Origin: Alphaproteobacteria bacterium
GTDB taxonomy: Bacteria; Pseudomonadota; Alphaproteobacteria; GCA-2746255
NCBI GenBank assembly: GCA_965249135.1
Contig: OZ252220.1
Span: 352,001 to 416,000 of the forward strand
Direction of reading: 5' to 3'
Length of the DNA stretch: 64,000 nt
Part shown: positions 20,655 to 31,887 of the stretch, piece by piece
Layout of the letters: each line of letters opens with the position of its first letter
How positions within the stretch are numbered: the stretch's first letter is position 1
The notes under the pieces: generated by a model
What the model was told of the DNA's origin: nothing
The model's input: the letters and a program-made list of their open reading frames with translations, nothing else
The model's database searches: none
Position numbers and translations under genes: made by a program

Positions 20655-21653
20655 TTACATCCAATCCGGCACCGGCAGGTTCTTCGGGCGCAGGAAGGCC
20701 GGGTTGAAGAGCTTGCTCTGGTAGCGGTCTCCAGAATCGCAGATCAACGTAATGATGCAATGCCCGGGGCCAAGCTTTTTGGCCAGTTTTATGGCGGCCA
20801 CCACGTTGATGCCGGTGCTGCCGCCGACCAGGAATCCTTCCTTTTTCACGAGTTCGAAGATCAGCGGCAACGCCTCTTCGTCGGTGACGCGCAGCCAATC
20901 GTCGATCGGGGCGCCTTCGAGGTTTTTCGTGATCCGCCCCTGGCCGATCCCTTCCGTGATCGATTCCCCCTCCGCCTTGAGCTCGCCATGGTCGAAATAG
21001 TTGAAAAGGGCGGAACCCATCGGATCGGCCAGCGCGATCCTGACTTTCGGATTCTGCTCTTTTAGGAACCGGCCGACCCCGGCCAGCGTGCCGCCGGTCC
21101 CGGTCGAGCAGGTGAAGGCGTCGATTTGCCCATCCGTTTGCGCCCAGATCTCCGGTCCCGTCGTTCGGTAGTGGCCGTCCCGGTTGGCGACATTGTCGAA
21201 CTGGTTCGCCCAGATCGCGCCTGCCGGCTCCGTCTCGGCTAGCTCCTTCGCCAGGCGCGCGCTTGCCGGCACGTAATTCTTCGGGTTCGCGTAAGGCACG
21301 CCCGGTGCGAGGTGGACCTCCGCCCCGCACATCCGAAGCATCTCGATCTTCTCCTTGCTCTGGGTCTCCGGCATGACGATGACCGTGCGATAACCACGCG
21401 CGTTCCCGACCAGCGCCAGCCCGATGCCAGTGTTGCCCGCCGTGCCCTCGACGATGACGCCGCCGGGCTTCAAAAGGCCCCGTTTTTCCGCGTCCTCGAC
21501 GATGAAAAGCGCCGTTCGGTCCTTGACGGAACCGCCGGGATTGAGGAATTCCGCCTTTCCTAAGATCTCGCACCCGGTCGCCTTCGACGGGCCTTCGAGC
21601 CGGATGAGGGGCGTGTTCCCGATCGTGCCCAGCAGGCCGTCCCGGATGTCCAT
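20655..21653 (-). CDS. cysK: Cysteine synthase A family
   Basis: NPGGSVKDR, TAGNTG and GTGGT. Confidence 0.88.
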   Translation of the reverse strand: MDIRDGLLGTIGNTPLIRLEGPSKATGCEILGKAEFLNPGGSVKDRTALFIVEDAEKRGLLKPGGVIVEGTAGNTGIGLALVGNARGYRTVIVMPETQSKEKIEMLRMCGAEVHLAPGVPYANPKNYVPASARLAKELAETEPAGAIWANQFDNVANRDGHYRTTGPEIWAQTDGQIDAFTCSTGTGGTLAGVGRFLKEQNPKVRIALADPMGSALFNYFDHGELKAEGESITEGIGQGRITKNLEGAPIDDWLRVTDEEALPLIFELVKKEGFLVGGSTGINVVAAIKLAKKLGPGHCIITLICDSGDRYQSKLFNPAFLRPKNLPVPDWM

Positions 21654-21728
21654 GGCGTTTCCTTCCCTTAAAGTGATGCCTAGACTATCGGCGGGGCTTG
21701 TCCGGAATCAAGGTGTCCTGTTTGCTGA

Positions 21729-22337
21729 TCATGCCCAGCGTTTCTGCAACTCCGCATGATTCATTTCAAGCCATTGCAGGGCGATGATGGTCATCGAATT
21801 CTTGATTTGGCGCGCTTTAAGCCGCAGCGTCGCTTCTTCTCTTGGCATGACGAGGACCCGGATGTCTTCCTGCTCTTCGTCGAGCCCATGGATGCCGCCG
21901 GCGTCCTTGAGGTCCACACGTCCGCAGAAAAGCGTCATCGTCTCGGACGTGCCGCCCGGTGACACCAGGTAATCCGCGATCGGGATCAGCTCGCCGACCT
22001 CTAAGCCGGCTTCCTCGACCGCCTCCCGGCGGACGACGTCCTCCGGACTTTCGTCCGCTTCGATGATGCCGGCCACGATCTCGATGACCCAGGAGGGGTA
22101 GCCCGCCACATGGGCCCCGATCCGGAACTGTTCGATCAAGAGAACTTCGTCCCGGCCCGGGTCGTAGCCGAGAAGGCCGGCCGCATGGCCGCGTTCGAAG
22201 ACCTCCCGTTTGATCTCGCCGCTCCAGCCGCCCTCATGCAGCTCATGGCGCAGGAAATAGGTGTCGATGCGGAAATAGCCCTGGAAGACGGTTTTCTTTT
22301 CTCGGATTTTGACCCTGGGGTCCTTTTCCTCGGGCAT
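21729..22337 (-). CDS. nudF: ADP-ribose pyrophosphatase
   Basis: REVFERGHAA, EQFRIG, Nudix box, HGLDEEQEDI. Confidence 0.9.
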   Translation of the reverse strand: MPEEKDPRVKIREKKTVFQGYFRIDTYFLRHELHEGGWSGEIKREVFERGHAAGLLGYDPGRDEVLLIEQFRIGAHVAGYPSWVIEIVAGIIEADESPEDVVRREAVEEAGLEVGELIPIADYLVSPGGTSETMTLFCGRVDLKDAGGIHGLDEEQEDIRVLVMPREEATLRLKARQIKNSMTIIALQWLEMNHAELQKRWA

Positions 22338-22351
22338 GCGCGGCCTCCGCC

Positions 22352-23074
22352 TTACGAGGAACCGACGCGGCGCGCTTCGGGCACCTCCAGGAAAAGCGGC
22401 GTCACCAGGTCCGGCGCTTCCTGCCACGCATCCAAACCGTTGGCCAGGCGGGGCAGTGCCAACACCGGCGAGTGGGGAAGGAATCGTTTTAGCGTGCTGA
22501 CCGTATCCGCCAACGGCATCGGTTGAACGGTCGATTCGCTGACGATGACGGCGGCGATTTCAATGCCCCTGCGCTCGAGCGCCAGCGCCGAGATCAGCGT
22601 GTGGTTAAGGCTGCCTAAATAGCTTCCGACGACGAGGATGGCCGGATAACCAAGTTCCTGGATCCAATCGAGAACCGTCTTCTTCTCCGTCAGTGGAACC
22701 ATGACGCCGCCAATGCCCTCGATGAAATGAAAATCCGGCAATACCTTGCCGGCAAGAGGAGTGGTCGTCGAAAATCGGACGAGTTCGTCGAAATCGATCG
22801 AACGGCCTTCCCGTCGCGCCGCCATGTCCGGTGAGATCGGTTCGCTGAACCGCCAGGGCGAGATAGCGACGATGCGTTCGGCTTCCGTGGAATAGCCCAG
22901 GCTTTCGAGGAGAATGGCGCTGTCGCAGTTCTTGTCGCCGACGGCAAATCCGGTAATGACCGGCTTTTGCAACTCGACTCGGAAGTTCCGTTGCTTCAAT
23001 TGCCGGGCGAGAATCGACGTGACAAGGGTTTTGCCAACGTCGGTGCCGGAAGAGGTGACGAAATAGGATTGCAT
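22352..23074 (-). CDS. bioD: Dethiobiotin synthase
   Basis: GTDVGKT, KPVITG, EGIGG and LGSLNHT. Confidence 0.93.
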   Translation of the reverse strand: MQSYFVTSSGTDVGKTLVTSILARQLKQRNFRVELQKPVITGFAVGDKNCDSAILLESLGYSTEAERIVAISPWRFSEPISPDMAARREGRSIDFDELVRFSTTTPLAGKVLPDFHFIEGIGGVMVPLTEKKTVLDWIQELGYPAILVVGSYLGSLNHTLISALALERRGIEIAAVIVSESTVQPMPLADTVSTLKRFLPHSPVLALPRLANGLDAWQEAPDLVTPLFLEVPEARRVGSS

Positions 23075-23250
23075 GCGAGGCTCTTGCCCGGCCGAGATTG
23101 CCGGATCCGTCGAAGGGCGATCCTTGATGTAGCCAGCGATCCTATGAGGAGTCAACGCGGCATCTGGTTTCGCGAAACGGCGCCATTGCCTTCACTATGG
23201 TATCGTCGGCCAGGCGGATATAGGTTGAAAAAAAACACCGGATTGGTTGG

Positions 23251-24234
23251 ATGGACAAGATCAGGACGGCCGTGATTGGGGTCGGGTGTTTCGGTCGGTT
23301 TCATGCCGAAAAATATGCCCGTCTCGAGCGATCGGCACTCACCGCCGTCGCGGACACCGACCGCGAGCGCGCCCACGCGATTGCGGAAAAGCATCGCGCG
23401 ACGCCCGTCTTTGACTACCGCGAGCTGTTCGGCCAGGTGGATGCCGTTTCCATCGCCGTGCCCACGCCGCTCCACCACGAAATCGCCAAGGCCTTCCTCG
23501 AACATGGCGTGCACGTCCTCATTGAAAAGCCGATCACGGAAAACCTCGCCCAGGCGGACGAGTTGATTGGGCTTGCGGCGGAAAAGGGTCGGGTGCTTCA
23601 GGTGGGACACTTGGAGCGGTTCTCCGCGGCCCGGCTCGGGCTCGAGGGGGTCATCAATCAACCCCTCTTTATCGAGTGCAACCGCATTGCCGCCTTCAAG
23701 TCGCGTGGCTCGGATGTGAGCGTGACGCTCGACTTGATGATTCACGACATCGACATGATCCAGCATCTCGTGAAGGCGCCGGTCTCGGAGGTCGATGCGG
23801 CCGGCGCGCCGGTCTTCTCCTTCGAAGAGGACATCGCGAATGCGCGCCTGCATTTCGCGAATGGCTGCATTGCGAACGTGACGGCCAGCCGTATCAGCAC
23901 GAAGAACGAACGCAAGATGCGCATCTTTCAGCACGACGCCTATATCATGATCGATTTCGTGAATAAGAAAGTGCTGGTGGCTCGCAGGGGGCAAGGCGAG
24001 ATGCTTCCCGGCGTGCCATTGATCGATGTGGAAGAACACAATTACGAAGAAGACGATATCCTCGAACGCGAGATCGAGGCGTTCTTGGAATCGGTGGCCT
24101 CAAACCGGCCGCCGCTGGTCAGCGGCGAAGATGGCCGGCTGGCCCTCGAGACGGCGCTCCTGATCAACGAAAGCCTCCAGCTCCACGCATCCCGCAACGC
24201 GACCATCAGCGCGAAGCTGATGCAGCAACGCTAG
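23251..24234 (+). CDS. Gfo/Idh/MocA oxidoreductase (GnnA-like)
   Basis: GVGCFG Rossmann motif, EKP, GHLERF, DLMIHDID and TASRIS. Confidence 0.88.
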   Translation: MDKIRTAVIGVGCFGRFHAEKYARLERSALTAVADTDRERAHAIAEKHRATPVFDYRELFGQVDAVSIAVPTPLHHEIAKAFLEHGVHVLIEKPITENLAQADELIGLAAEKGRVLQVGHLERFSAARLGLEGVINQPLFIECNRIAAFKSRGSDVSVTLDLMIHDIDMIQHLVKAPVSEVDAAGAPVFSFEEDIANARLHFANGCIANVTASRISTKNERKMRIFQHDAYIMIDFVNKKVLVARRGQGEMLPGVPLIDVEEHNYEEDDILEREIEAFLESVASNRPPLVSGEDGRLALETALLINESLQLHASRNATISAKLMQQR

Positions 24235-24382
24235 GACTTAAGGCCGCAATTCTCCTTGAATGTGCCTTTCGCGGCACTTTTGCCTTGGCGGGCCCGGCTT
24301 TACAGGGAGCGGATACGTCGCCACAATGCGGGCCAATGGGCATGGAAGCATGAGGAAATTGCCCGAGATTAAGGGGGGACAA

Positions 24383-24916
24383 ATGACCCAAAACCTATTC
24401 CTTTCCTTTCGTAAAAGCGTTCCGGTGCTCGTGCTTAGCCTTGTCTTCGTGCTGTCGGCGATGGCGCTCACGGGCTGTGAGCGGGCCGCCGACGCCATCG
24501 CCGTGAAGAAGGCGGAAAAGATCTTCGATACGTGGCAAAAGGGGTGGAACACCCATGATGCCGACCTTTTGATGGAAGTTGCCGGCGAAGCCGACTACTG
24601 GGACGTGACCCTGAACGAGCGGATCAGCGGTGAAGACTTCCGCAAGCACGCGGAAGCCTTTCTCATCGCGATGCCGGACGTGAATTTCAGCCTCGATGAA
24701 GTCACCGTCACCCCGGATGGCAAACGGGTGATCTGGCGGTGGAGTTGGACCGGCACCTTCACGGGCCCCCTTGGCGAGACCGAGCCGACGGGCAACAAGA
24801 TCGAAGGGCTCAGCGGCGCCGACTTCCTCTATATCGAGGGCGACAAGATCAAGAAGATCGACATCTACTGGAATCAGCTCGAGCTCCTGACGAAGATGGG
24901 ATTGATGGGCGGCTAA
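24383..24916 (+). CDS. SnoaL-like/ester cyclase family lipoprotein
   Basis: LTGC lipobox; AMPDVNF, WTGTFTGPLG and PTGNKI NTF2-like motifs; GGGGGA RBS. Confidence 0.75.
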   Translation: MTQNLFLSFRKSVPVLVLSLVFVLSAMALTGCERAADAIAVKKAEKIFDTWQKGWNTHDADLLMEVAGEADYWDVTLNERISGEDFRKHAEAFLIAMPDVNFSLDEVTVTPDGKRVIWRWSWTGTFTGPLGETEPTGNKIEGLSGADFLYIEGDKIKKIDIYWNQLELLTKMGLMGG

Positions 24917-25029
24917 GCGGCCCGCACCGTCCCGATCGGGCCAGATCGGGCCAGATTCAGGGTAAAATCTGGAGGATTTCCCCTGTCCTGCGACAGGGGA
25001 TAAAATCCACGCGTCCTTGAGCAGAAGGG

Positions 25030-26853
25030 ATGAACATGGCCAAAGGCGCACCGGCCTCGACGCGAAGCGGTCCCGCAAAGGCGGCGGGCGAGGTCGCGAT
25101 TCCGGATCTTGCGGCGACCGGCTACCGTCTGGGCGCCGAATGCGTGCCGGAGCCGATGCGGGACGTGAACTACTTTCGTCTCGATCCCGGGATGCGCCGT
25201 CGCCTTCACCTTTACTTGGAGCCGAAGGAAGCCGCCTGGGCCGAAGCGCTGCTCGATGGGTTCGGCGCCCTTTGCGGCGGGCGCATGGCCGCGCTTGCGG
25301 AAGTGGCGAACAAGCACGGACCCGAACTCAAGCAATACGACGCGACCGGCAGGCGGATCGACGACATCGTCTTTCACCCGAGCTATACGGAAATGTGCCG
25401 GCTGGCCTATGGCTTCGGACTTTCGCAGATGAATCACCTGCCGGATTTCCAAGGCTTGGGCACGACGCCAAGCCGCTTGGTTCAGGCGATGGCCGGCACG
25501 CTATTCGCCACCGCCGAACAGGGTCTTTACTGCCCCATCTTCATGACGAACTGCCTGATCGGGGCGTTCCGCCGACACGCGGACGAGACGGTGCAGTCGA
25601 AATTCCTTCCCAAGTTCTTGAGCCTCGATCCGGATCGCGCCTTCCAGGGGGCCATCTTGATGACGGAGAAGTTTGGCGGCTCCGACGTCGGGGCCACGGA
25701 AACGAAGGCCGTTCAGGTGGATGGGGTGTGGCGGCTCTATGGCGATAAGTGGTTCTGCAGCAACGCGAACGCGGACCTCTTCAGCACGCTCGCCCGTTAC
25801 GACGATCGGGTGACCGGCACCAAGGGACTCGGCATGTTCATCGTGCCGAAAGTGCTCGACGATGGCAGCCGCAACGCCTTCCGCATCAACCGCCTCAAGG
25901 ACAAGCTTGGCACGCGCTCGATGGCGACCGCCGAGATCACCTTCGAGGGCACGCTCGCCTACCAGATCGGGCCCTTGGATGAGGGCTTCAAGATTCTCTG
26001 CGGGATGCTGAACGCCTCGCGCTTGGGCACGGCGACGATGGCCACCGGCGCCATGCGGCGCGGCCTGCTCGAGGCGCTGCACTTCGCGAAATCCCGCAAG
26101 ACCTTTGGCCAAGCCCTTCATCGCCACGGGATGGTGAAGCGCGCCATCGTCGAGGCTTACGCAGAGGTCGAAGGGGCGGCCGCACTTCTCGCCTATGCTT
26201 ACGCGCGCTACGATCGCTGCGACCTGGATCCGGATTCCAAGCCTCTCGCAGGCGAGCTTCGTCTGGCCACCACCCTTGCCAAGTTCAACAACTCCGCGAA
26301 GGGGGTCGAGGTGGCGTCGGAATGCGTGCAGATTCTTGGCGGCGTCGGTTATATCGAGGATCGCGAGACGGCGCGGATTTACCGGGATGCGCTCGTCCAC
26401 CCCATTTGGGAGGGGACGACGAACATGCTGGCGCTCGACGTGCTCCGCGCCATTCAAAAAGAGAAGGCGGATGCGGCACTGACCACGAGCATGGAGACGA
26501 TGGAAGGCGCGCTTTCGCGAAACGAAACCCGCTCTCTCTTCACGCCGCTGCGTAGCGAGATGGAAGGGGCGTTGGCAACACTTCGTGAGAGCTTGAGCAC
26601 CGAGCAGGTGTCGCGGGAATATTACGCCTATGATCGCGTATGGGACCTTGCCGCCTGCGTGATCGGATTAATCCTTATCGACGAGGCCGAAGATCGTCTC
26701 GTCAAGGACGACGTCGCAAACGGGCTCGACACGGCAAAGGCCTATCTTTGGAAACATAAAGCTGCCTTCATGACGCGTCTCTATGGCGAAGAGGACCGCT
26801 TCGAATGCGCGAATGCGGTGGCGACGCAGCTATTTTCGCAAGACCAAGGATAA
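25030..26853 (+). CDS. Acyl-CoA dehydrogenase, AidB-like
   Basis: [31 protein letters not shown] and IWEGTTN. Confidence 0.88.
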   Translation: MNMAKGAPASTRSGPAKAAGEVAIPDLAATGYRLGAECVPEPMRDVNYFRLDPGMRRRLHLYLEPKEAAWAEALLDGFGALCGGRMAALAEVANKHGPELKQYDATGRRIDDIVFHPSYTEMCRLAYGFGLSQMNHLPDFQGLGTTPSRLVQAMAGTLFATAEQGLYCPIFMTNCLIGAFRRHADETVQSKFLPKFLSLDPDRAFQGAILMTEKFGGSDVGATETKAVQVDGVWRLYGDKWFCSNANADLFSTLARYDDRVTGTKGLGMFIVPKVLDDGSRNAFRINRLKDKLGTRSMATAEITFEGTLAYQIGPLDEGFKILCGMLNASRLGTATMATGAMRRGLLEALHFAKSRKTFGQALHRHGMVKRAIVEAYAEVEGAAALLAYAYARYDRCDLDPDSKPLAGELRLATTLAKFNNSAKGVEVASECVQILGGVGYIEDRETARIYRDALVHPIWEGTTNMLALDVLRAIQKEKADAALTTSMETMEGALSRNETRSLFTPLRSEMEGALATLRESLSTEQVSREYYAYDRVWDLAACVIGLILIDEAEDRLVKDDVANGLDTAKAYLWKHKAAFMTRLYGEEDRFECANAVATQLFSQDQG

Positions 26854-26872
26854 AAACGCTTATATTTCAAAA

Positions 26873-27910
26873 ATGACCTCACCCACGCCCCAGGCCCCCA
26901 TCGAAGCACCCACCCAGGACCGGATCCGTGAGGACGACGTGCTGCGCCATGATTGGGAGCTCAAAGAAATCCTCTCCCTTTTCGGACTGCCCTTTAACGA
27001 CCTTCTCTTCGAGGCGCACCGTCTGCATCGCAGCCACTTCGATCCGAATCGCGTGCAGATCAGCACGCTGCTTAGCATAAAGACGGGCGGCTGCCCGGAG
27101 GATTGCAAGTACTGCGCGCAAAGTGCCCGCTACGAGACGGAACTGGGCGCGGACAAACTGCTGAGCGTAGACGAGGTGGTGACGGCCGCTGAGAAGGCGC
27201 GTGAGGCGGGAGCCACGCGCTTTTGCATGGGGGCGGCCTGGCGCAATCCGAAGGACCGCGACCTTCCCCATGTCCTCGACATGATCCGGGCGGTGAAGGC
27301 GCTCGGCCTTGAGACCTGTGCGACCCTTGGCATGCTGTCGAAGGAACAGGCAACCGCCCTTAAAGAGGGGGGTCTCGACTACTACAATCACAACGTGGAT
27401 ACGTCGGAGGAATTCTACGGCGAGATCATCACGACACGGACCTATCAGGACCGTCTCGACACCCTTGCCCAGGTGCGCGCCGCCGGCATGAAGGTATGCG
27501 CCGGCGGTATTCTCGGCATGGGCGAAGCCCGATCCGACCGCGCCGGCATGCTGAGGACGCTTGCCAACCTGCCGGAACACCCGGAAAGCGTACCGATCAA
27601 CCTCCTGATCCGGATTCCCGGAACCCCGCTGGAAACGGGTGAGGCGCTCGATCCGATCGAATTCGTGCGCACGATTGCCGTTGCCCGGATCCTCATGCCG
27701 AAGTCCGTCGTGCGCCTGTCGGCGGGGCGTGAACACATGACGGACGAGATGCAGGCGCTTTGTTTCTTTGCCGGGGCCAACTCGATCTTCTACGGCGAAA
27801 AGCTGCTGACCGCCGGGAACCCGGAAAAAGGCGCGGACCGCGCCCTTTTCGAACGCCTCGGCCTCAAGGGTGAGGAGCGGACGACCGTCCCTCGCGAATG
27901 CTCCCATTGA
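26873..27910 (+). CDS. bioB: Biotin synthase
   Basis: CPEDCKYC radical-SAM motif, YNHNVDT and RLSAGR. Confidence 0.96.
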   Translation: MTSPTPQAPIEAPTQDRIREDDVLRHDWELKEILSLFGLPFNDLLFEAHRLHRSHFDPNRVQISTLLSIKTGGCPEDCKYCAQSARYETELGADKLLSVDEVVTAAEKAREAGATRFCMGAAWRNPKDRDLPHVLDMIRAVKALGLETCATLGMLSKEQATALKEGGLDYYNHNVDTSEEFYGEIITTRTYQDRLDTLAQVRAAGMKVCAGGILGMGEARSDRAGMLRTLANLPEHPESVPINLLIRIPGTPLETGEALDPIEFVRTIAVARILMPKSVVRLSAGREHMTDEMQALCFFAGANSIFYGEKLLTAGNPEKGADRALFERLGLKGEERTTVPRECSH

Positions 27911-29199
27911 TGAAAGAGAAGCCCCCGGCGGAAGAGGGGCGGCAAACCGAGCATCTCTGGCTGCCCTATACCCAGATGGCGACCGTTCCGCCGCCCCTGC
28001 AAGCGGTGGGTGCTGAGGGTGCGCGCATCCGTCTCAAGGACGGGCGTGAACTCGTCGACGGCACCTCCTCTTGGTGGACGGCCTGTCACGGCTACAACCA
28101 CCCGCATATCCGAAGCGCCGTCGTCCGCCAGCTCGAGGCCTTTCCTCACCTCATGTTCGGTGGGCTGATCCACGAACCGGCGATTGAGCTCTCGGATCGT
28201 CTCGTAGAGCTTTTGCCCGATGGCCTCAGCCGCGTCTTCTTTTCCGAATCCGGCTCCGTCGCCGTCGAGATCGCGCTCAAGCTAGCCGTCCAGTACTGGG
28301 CGAACCGGGGGGAGGCGGGCCGCACACGCTTCATCGGCTTTCGCCGCGGCTACCATGGTGACACCCTGGGCGCGATGGCCGTCTCGGATCCGAAACTCGG
28401 CTTCCACGATTGCACGCGCTTCGGCGGCTACATTCCGGAGCACTTCTTCGTCGAAATTCCCCGCGACCGGCAAGCGGCCAGGCGTTTCGATGATTTTCTT
28501 GGATCTCACGTGGGCGAGCTCGCCGGCGTCATCATCGAGCCGCTCGTCCAGGCGGCCGGCGGCGCACGCTTTCACTCAGGCGAAAGCGTGCGCTGGGTGG
28601 CCGAGGCCTGCCGCCGCCACGATCTGCTGTTCATCGCCGACGAAGTGGCGACGGGCTTCGGGCGCACCGGCCGGCTGTTTGCCTGTGAGGAGGCCAAGGT
28701 TTCCCCGGATATCCTTTGTCTCTCGAAGGCGCTGACCGGCGGCACGATGGCGCTGGCGGCCACGGTTGCAAATGCGCGAATGTTCGAGGCGTTCCTTGGG
28801 CCGGAGCCGGAAAAGGCCTTCCTTCACGGCCCGACCTTCATGGCCAATCCGCTTGCTTGCGCGGCGGCGAATGCCTCCCTCGACCTGTTCGAGCGCGAGC
28901 CGCGCCTCGAACAGGTGGCGGCGATCGAGGCCCATCTCCGCTCAGCACTTGAGCCGTGCCGGACGCTTGCCGGCGTGCGCGATGTGCGGGCGAAGGGTGC
29001 CATCGGCGTCGTCGAGCTTGAGGGCGAGCTCGATCACGATTGGCTACGCGCCCGATTCGTCGAGGAAGGAACCTGGATCCGGCCCTTCGGCGACATGGTC
29101 TACCTGATGCCGCCCTTCGTGATTGAGCCTCCAGACCTCGAACGCCTGACCGACGCCGTCGCGAAAGTGGTGGGCGAGTGGGCAGAGAGGCGCGCGTAA
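27898..29199 (+). CDS. bioA: Adenosylmethionine-8-amino-7-oxononanoate transaminase
   Basis: [34 protein letters not shown] and HGPTFMANP. Confidence 0.95.
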   Translation: MLPLMKEKPPAEEGRQTEHLWLPYTQMATVPPPLQAVGAEGARIRLKDGRELVDGTSSWWTACHGYNHPHIRSAVVRQLEAFPHLMFGGLIHEPAIELSDRLVELLPDGLSRVFFSESGSVAVEIALKLAVQYWANRGEAGRTRFIGFRRGYHGDTLGAMAVSDPKLGFHDCTRFGGYIPEHFFVEIPRDRQAARRFDDFLGSHVGELAGVIIEPLVQAAGGARFHSGESVRWVAEACRRHDLLFIADEVATGFGRTGRLFACEEAKVSPDILCLSKALTGGTMALAATVANARMFEAFLGPEPEKAFLHGPTFMANPLACAAANASLDLFEREPRLEQVAAIEAHLRSALEPCRTLAGVRDVRAKGAIGVVELEGELDHDWLRARFVEEGTWIRPFGDMVYLMPPFVIEPPDLERLTDAVAKVVGEWAERRA

Positions 29200-29235
29200 A
29201 AAAAACCCCCGGCCGATCCCGACCGGGGATTTTTC
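29200..29235. terminator. Bidirectional intrinsic terminator
   Basis: A-tract, CCCCGG/CCGGGG stem and T-tract between convergent genes. Confidence 0.75.
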
Positions 29236-29252
29236 GAAAGCCGTTCACGCAC

Positions 29253-30350
29253 CTAGCCTAAGAAAGCCTTCTTCAGCCGGTCGTTCACCAGGTCCGGCTT
29301 CTCCCACATCAGGAAGTGGCCGCCATCCGGCACGTATTCCATCGTGTAGTTGTTGTACCAGAGCGCCACGTCGCTGGACCACACGGACGGAACGATGGGA
29401 TCCCCCATCCCCCAGAGGAAGGTGGTCGGAAGATCCGAGATCGTGCGATCGAGCGGCGTCCACGGGTTGGAAGTGATCGAGAGGTTCGCCCGGTAGAAAT
29501 TGAAGCCCCCATGCACGTTGCCGGGCTTCATGAAGTTGTCCGTCAGGATCTCCATCTCCTCGTCCGTGATCAGATCCTTGTTGTAGGACCAGTGCGAGAA
29601 GAAGTGCTTGAAGTACAGCTTCGTCGCTTCGCGCGAGGAGGTCACGACGTCGACGGCCATGTCGAGCTGATGGAACTGCGAATACCACGATTCCGGGAAG
29701 TGTCCGACGCTTAGGTAGCGCGGGCCGAAGCCGGGAACAATCGCGTCCATGATTAAGGCCTTGATGACCTTGCTGCGGTACTTGCGGAGGAATTTATGGG
29801 CGACGACGGAGGAATAGTCGTGGCCGACGATGTAGCCCTGCTTGATGTCGAGCGCCTCCATCAACTGGGCATAGTCCTCGACGACATGGTTCAGGTGATA
29901 CTGCGGGATGTCCTTGAGGTCCGGTTTCTCGGTGTCGCCGTAACCCCGCATGTCCGGCACGATGACATCGAAATGCTTGGCCAGCTCGCCGATGTTCTTG
30001 TGCCATTCCCACCAGAAACCTGGCCAGCCATGCCACAGGAAGAGCGGCGGGCCCTTGCCCTCGCGCACGTAGTGCATCTTGACGTTCTTGAGCTGGACCG
30101 TGTGATGCTTGAAGTCGTCCGGTTTCCGGATATTGGAAGCGCCATACGCCTTCCGAATGAACCCGGTCGGCGGCTTGGACTGGAGGGGAAGGCTGGTGCC
30201 GAGAAAAGCGCCCATGGTGGCGAGACCGGCGCGCTTGAGGAAGCGGCGTCGACCGCTATCCGGGATGGGATCGGCGAGCGGGACATCGGTAAGCTCTTGG
30301 CTGCGCGTCTCCGCCTCGCGGACCCCGCGCTCCATCTTCTTGGCTGTCAT
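29253..30350 (-). CDS. Alpha/beta hydrolase, epoxide-hydrolase-like, with Tat signal
   Basis: GRRRFLK twin-arginine motif; HGWP, GHDYSS (Asp nucleophile), SWY, FYRAN and GGHFL. Confidence 0.85.
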   Translation of the reverse strand: MTAKKMERGVREAETRSQELTDVPLADPIPDSGRRRFLKRAGLATMGAFLGTSLPLQSKPPTGFIRKAYGASNIRKPDDFKHHTVQLKNVKMHYVREGKGPPLFLWHGWPGFWWEWHKNIGELAKHFDVIVPDMRGYGDTEKPDLKDIPQYHLNHVVEDYAQLMEALDIKQGYIVGHDYSSVVAHKFLRKYRSKVIKALIMDAIVPGFGPRYLSVGHFPESWYSQFHQLDMAVDVVTSSREATKLYFKHFFSHWSYNKDLITDEEMEILTDNFMKPGNVHGGFNFYRANLSITSNPWTPLDRTISDLPTTFLWGMGDPIVPSVWSSDVALWYNNYTMEYVPDGGHFLMWEKPDLVNDRLKKAFLG

Positions 30351-30589
30351 GATTTCCTCCCTGAATTCCCCTTTTTTTGGGCCGCATCTTTGGCGGTCTC
30401 CGGGCCCAAGTATGCCCGTTTTAGCGCTTCGAAGGAACGATTTTACAGGCCCCTTCGGGCCTTTGACACGCCGCTTTCGGGGTTTACCCCTTGTCAACAC
30501 CGAGGCCCCAGGGTTAAGCCCTTCTTCCCATGCGGGCCGGCCATCGGTCCGGGCGGGAAGAAGGCGCAGGCGGCGTTGGGAAGGCGAAA

Positions 30590-31459
30590 ATGGCAATCGA
30601 GCCCGAAAAAGAACACTACATCCTCACGATCAGCTGTCCGGACCGCACCGGGATCGTCGCGGCCGTCGCAGGCTTTCTCGCAGGCCAGGACTGTTTCATC
30701 CGCGAATCCTCCCATTTCGGCGACATGGAAACCGGCCGCTTCTTCATGCGGACGGTCTATCTGCGCGGGCAGAAGAGCCCGCCTCAAGCGGCCCTCGTCG
30801 AGCAATTCTCGAAGATCGCCACCGACTTCCAGATGGACTGGGCCATCTACGACGGCCGCGCCCGGCCGAAGGTGGTCATCTTGGTCTCGCGTTTCGACCA
30901 CTGTTTGAACGATCTGCTTTACCGCTATCGGACCGGCGCGCTTCGCATGGAGATTGCGGCCATCGTATCCAACCATCCGGAACTGACGGAGCTTGCGGAA
31001 TGGCACCGGCTTCCTTTTCATCATCTTCCGGTTAGCCAACAGACGAAATCCGAGCAGGAGGCAAAAATCCTAGGCCTCATCGAGGAGAGTGGGGCCGAAC
31101 TCGTCATCCTTGCCCGCTACATGCAGGTCCTGACTCCGGAATTCTGCGAGAAGATGCCGGGCCGCATCATCAACATTCACCATTCCTTTCTTCCCGGCTT
31201 TAAGGGTGCGAAACCCTATCAACAGGCCCATGAGCGCGGCGTGAAACTGATCGGGGCGACCGCCCACTACGTGACGGCCGGCCTCGACGAAGGGCCGATC
31301 ATCGACCAGGCGGTCGAACGCGTCGATCATTCCGACACCACCGAAGCGTTCGTCCATGTCGGCCGTGACATCGAATGCCGGGTGCTGGCCCGGGCCGTCC
31401 GTTACCACATTGAGCGCCGGGTGCTGCTCCACGGCATCAGGACCGTCGTTTTTCGGTAG
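30590..31459 (+). CDS. purU: Formyltetrahydrofolate deformylase
   Basis: CPDRTGIVA ACT domain, LARYMQ, INIHHSFLP and GATAHYVT. Confidence 0.95.
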   Translation: MAIEPEKEHYILTISCPDRTGIVAAVAGFLAGQDCFIRESSHFGDMETGRFFMRTVYLRGQKSPPQAALVEQFSKIATDFQMDWAIYDGRARPKVVILVSRFDHCLNDLLYRYRTGALRMEIAAIVSNHPELTELAEWHRLPFHHLPVSQQTKSEQEAKILGLIEESGAELVILARYMQVLTPEFCEKMPGRIINIHHSFLPGFKGAKPYQQAHERGVKLIGATAHYVTAGLDEGPIIDQAVERVDHSDTTEAFVHVGRDIECRVLARAVRYHIERRVLLHGIRTVVFR

Positions 31460-31530
31460 GTGGCGCACGGCTTGGCAAAAGCGCGGTGTCTTGACGTCTT
31501 CTTCCCGAAAGGGAGAGAAAGGTTTCCAGC

Positions 31531-31561
31531 TTGACCTTCCAGCGTGGGAATCGGCCATTCT
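31531..31561 (+). promoter_or_regulatory. MerR/CueR-type promoter
   Basis: -35 TTGACC, 19-bp spacer, -10 CATTCT; ACCTTCC-N7-GGAATCG imperfect dyad. Confidence 0.65.
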
Positions 31562-31592
31562 CTGTCGAGTGAACCGAAGGAGGTCTACCATC

Positions 31593-31862
31593 ATGGTTGC
31601 AAAACGACAGATCGAAGTCTTTAGCGCCGGGTGCGCCGTTTGCGAAGATACGATCGCACGCATCCGCGAATTTGCCTGTTCGGGCTGCGAGGTGGTCGTT
31701 CTCGACATGCGCGAGGCGGACGTTGTGGCGCGAGCAAAAACGCTTGGCGTTCGCAGTGTCCCTGCCGTTGCCGTCGACGACCGGCTGGCCGCCTGTTGCG
31801 GCGATCGCGGCATCGACATGGACCGCCTTAGGGAGCTAGGCTTGGGTCAACCACTTCCGTAA
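31593..31862 (+). CDS. Small thioredoxin-fold Cys-rich protein
   Basis: FSAGCAVC, GVRSVPAV cis-Pro motif and a CC pair; AAGGAGG RBS. Confidence 0.8.
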   Translation: MVAKRQIEVFSAGCAVCEDTIARIREFACSGCEVVVLDMREADVVARAKTLGVRSVPAVAVDDRLAACCGDRGIDMDRLRELGLGQPLP

Positions 31863-31887
31863 GGCGGAAACTTAAGGCGGAAAAACC

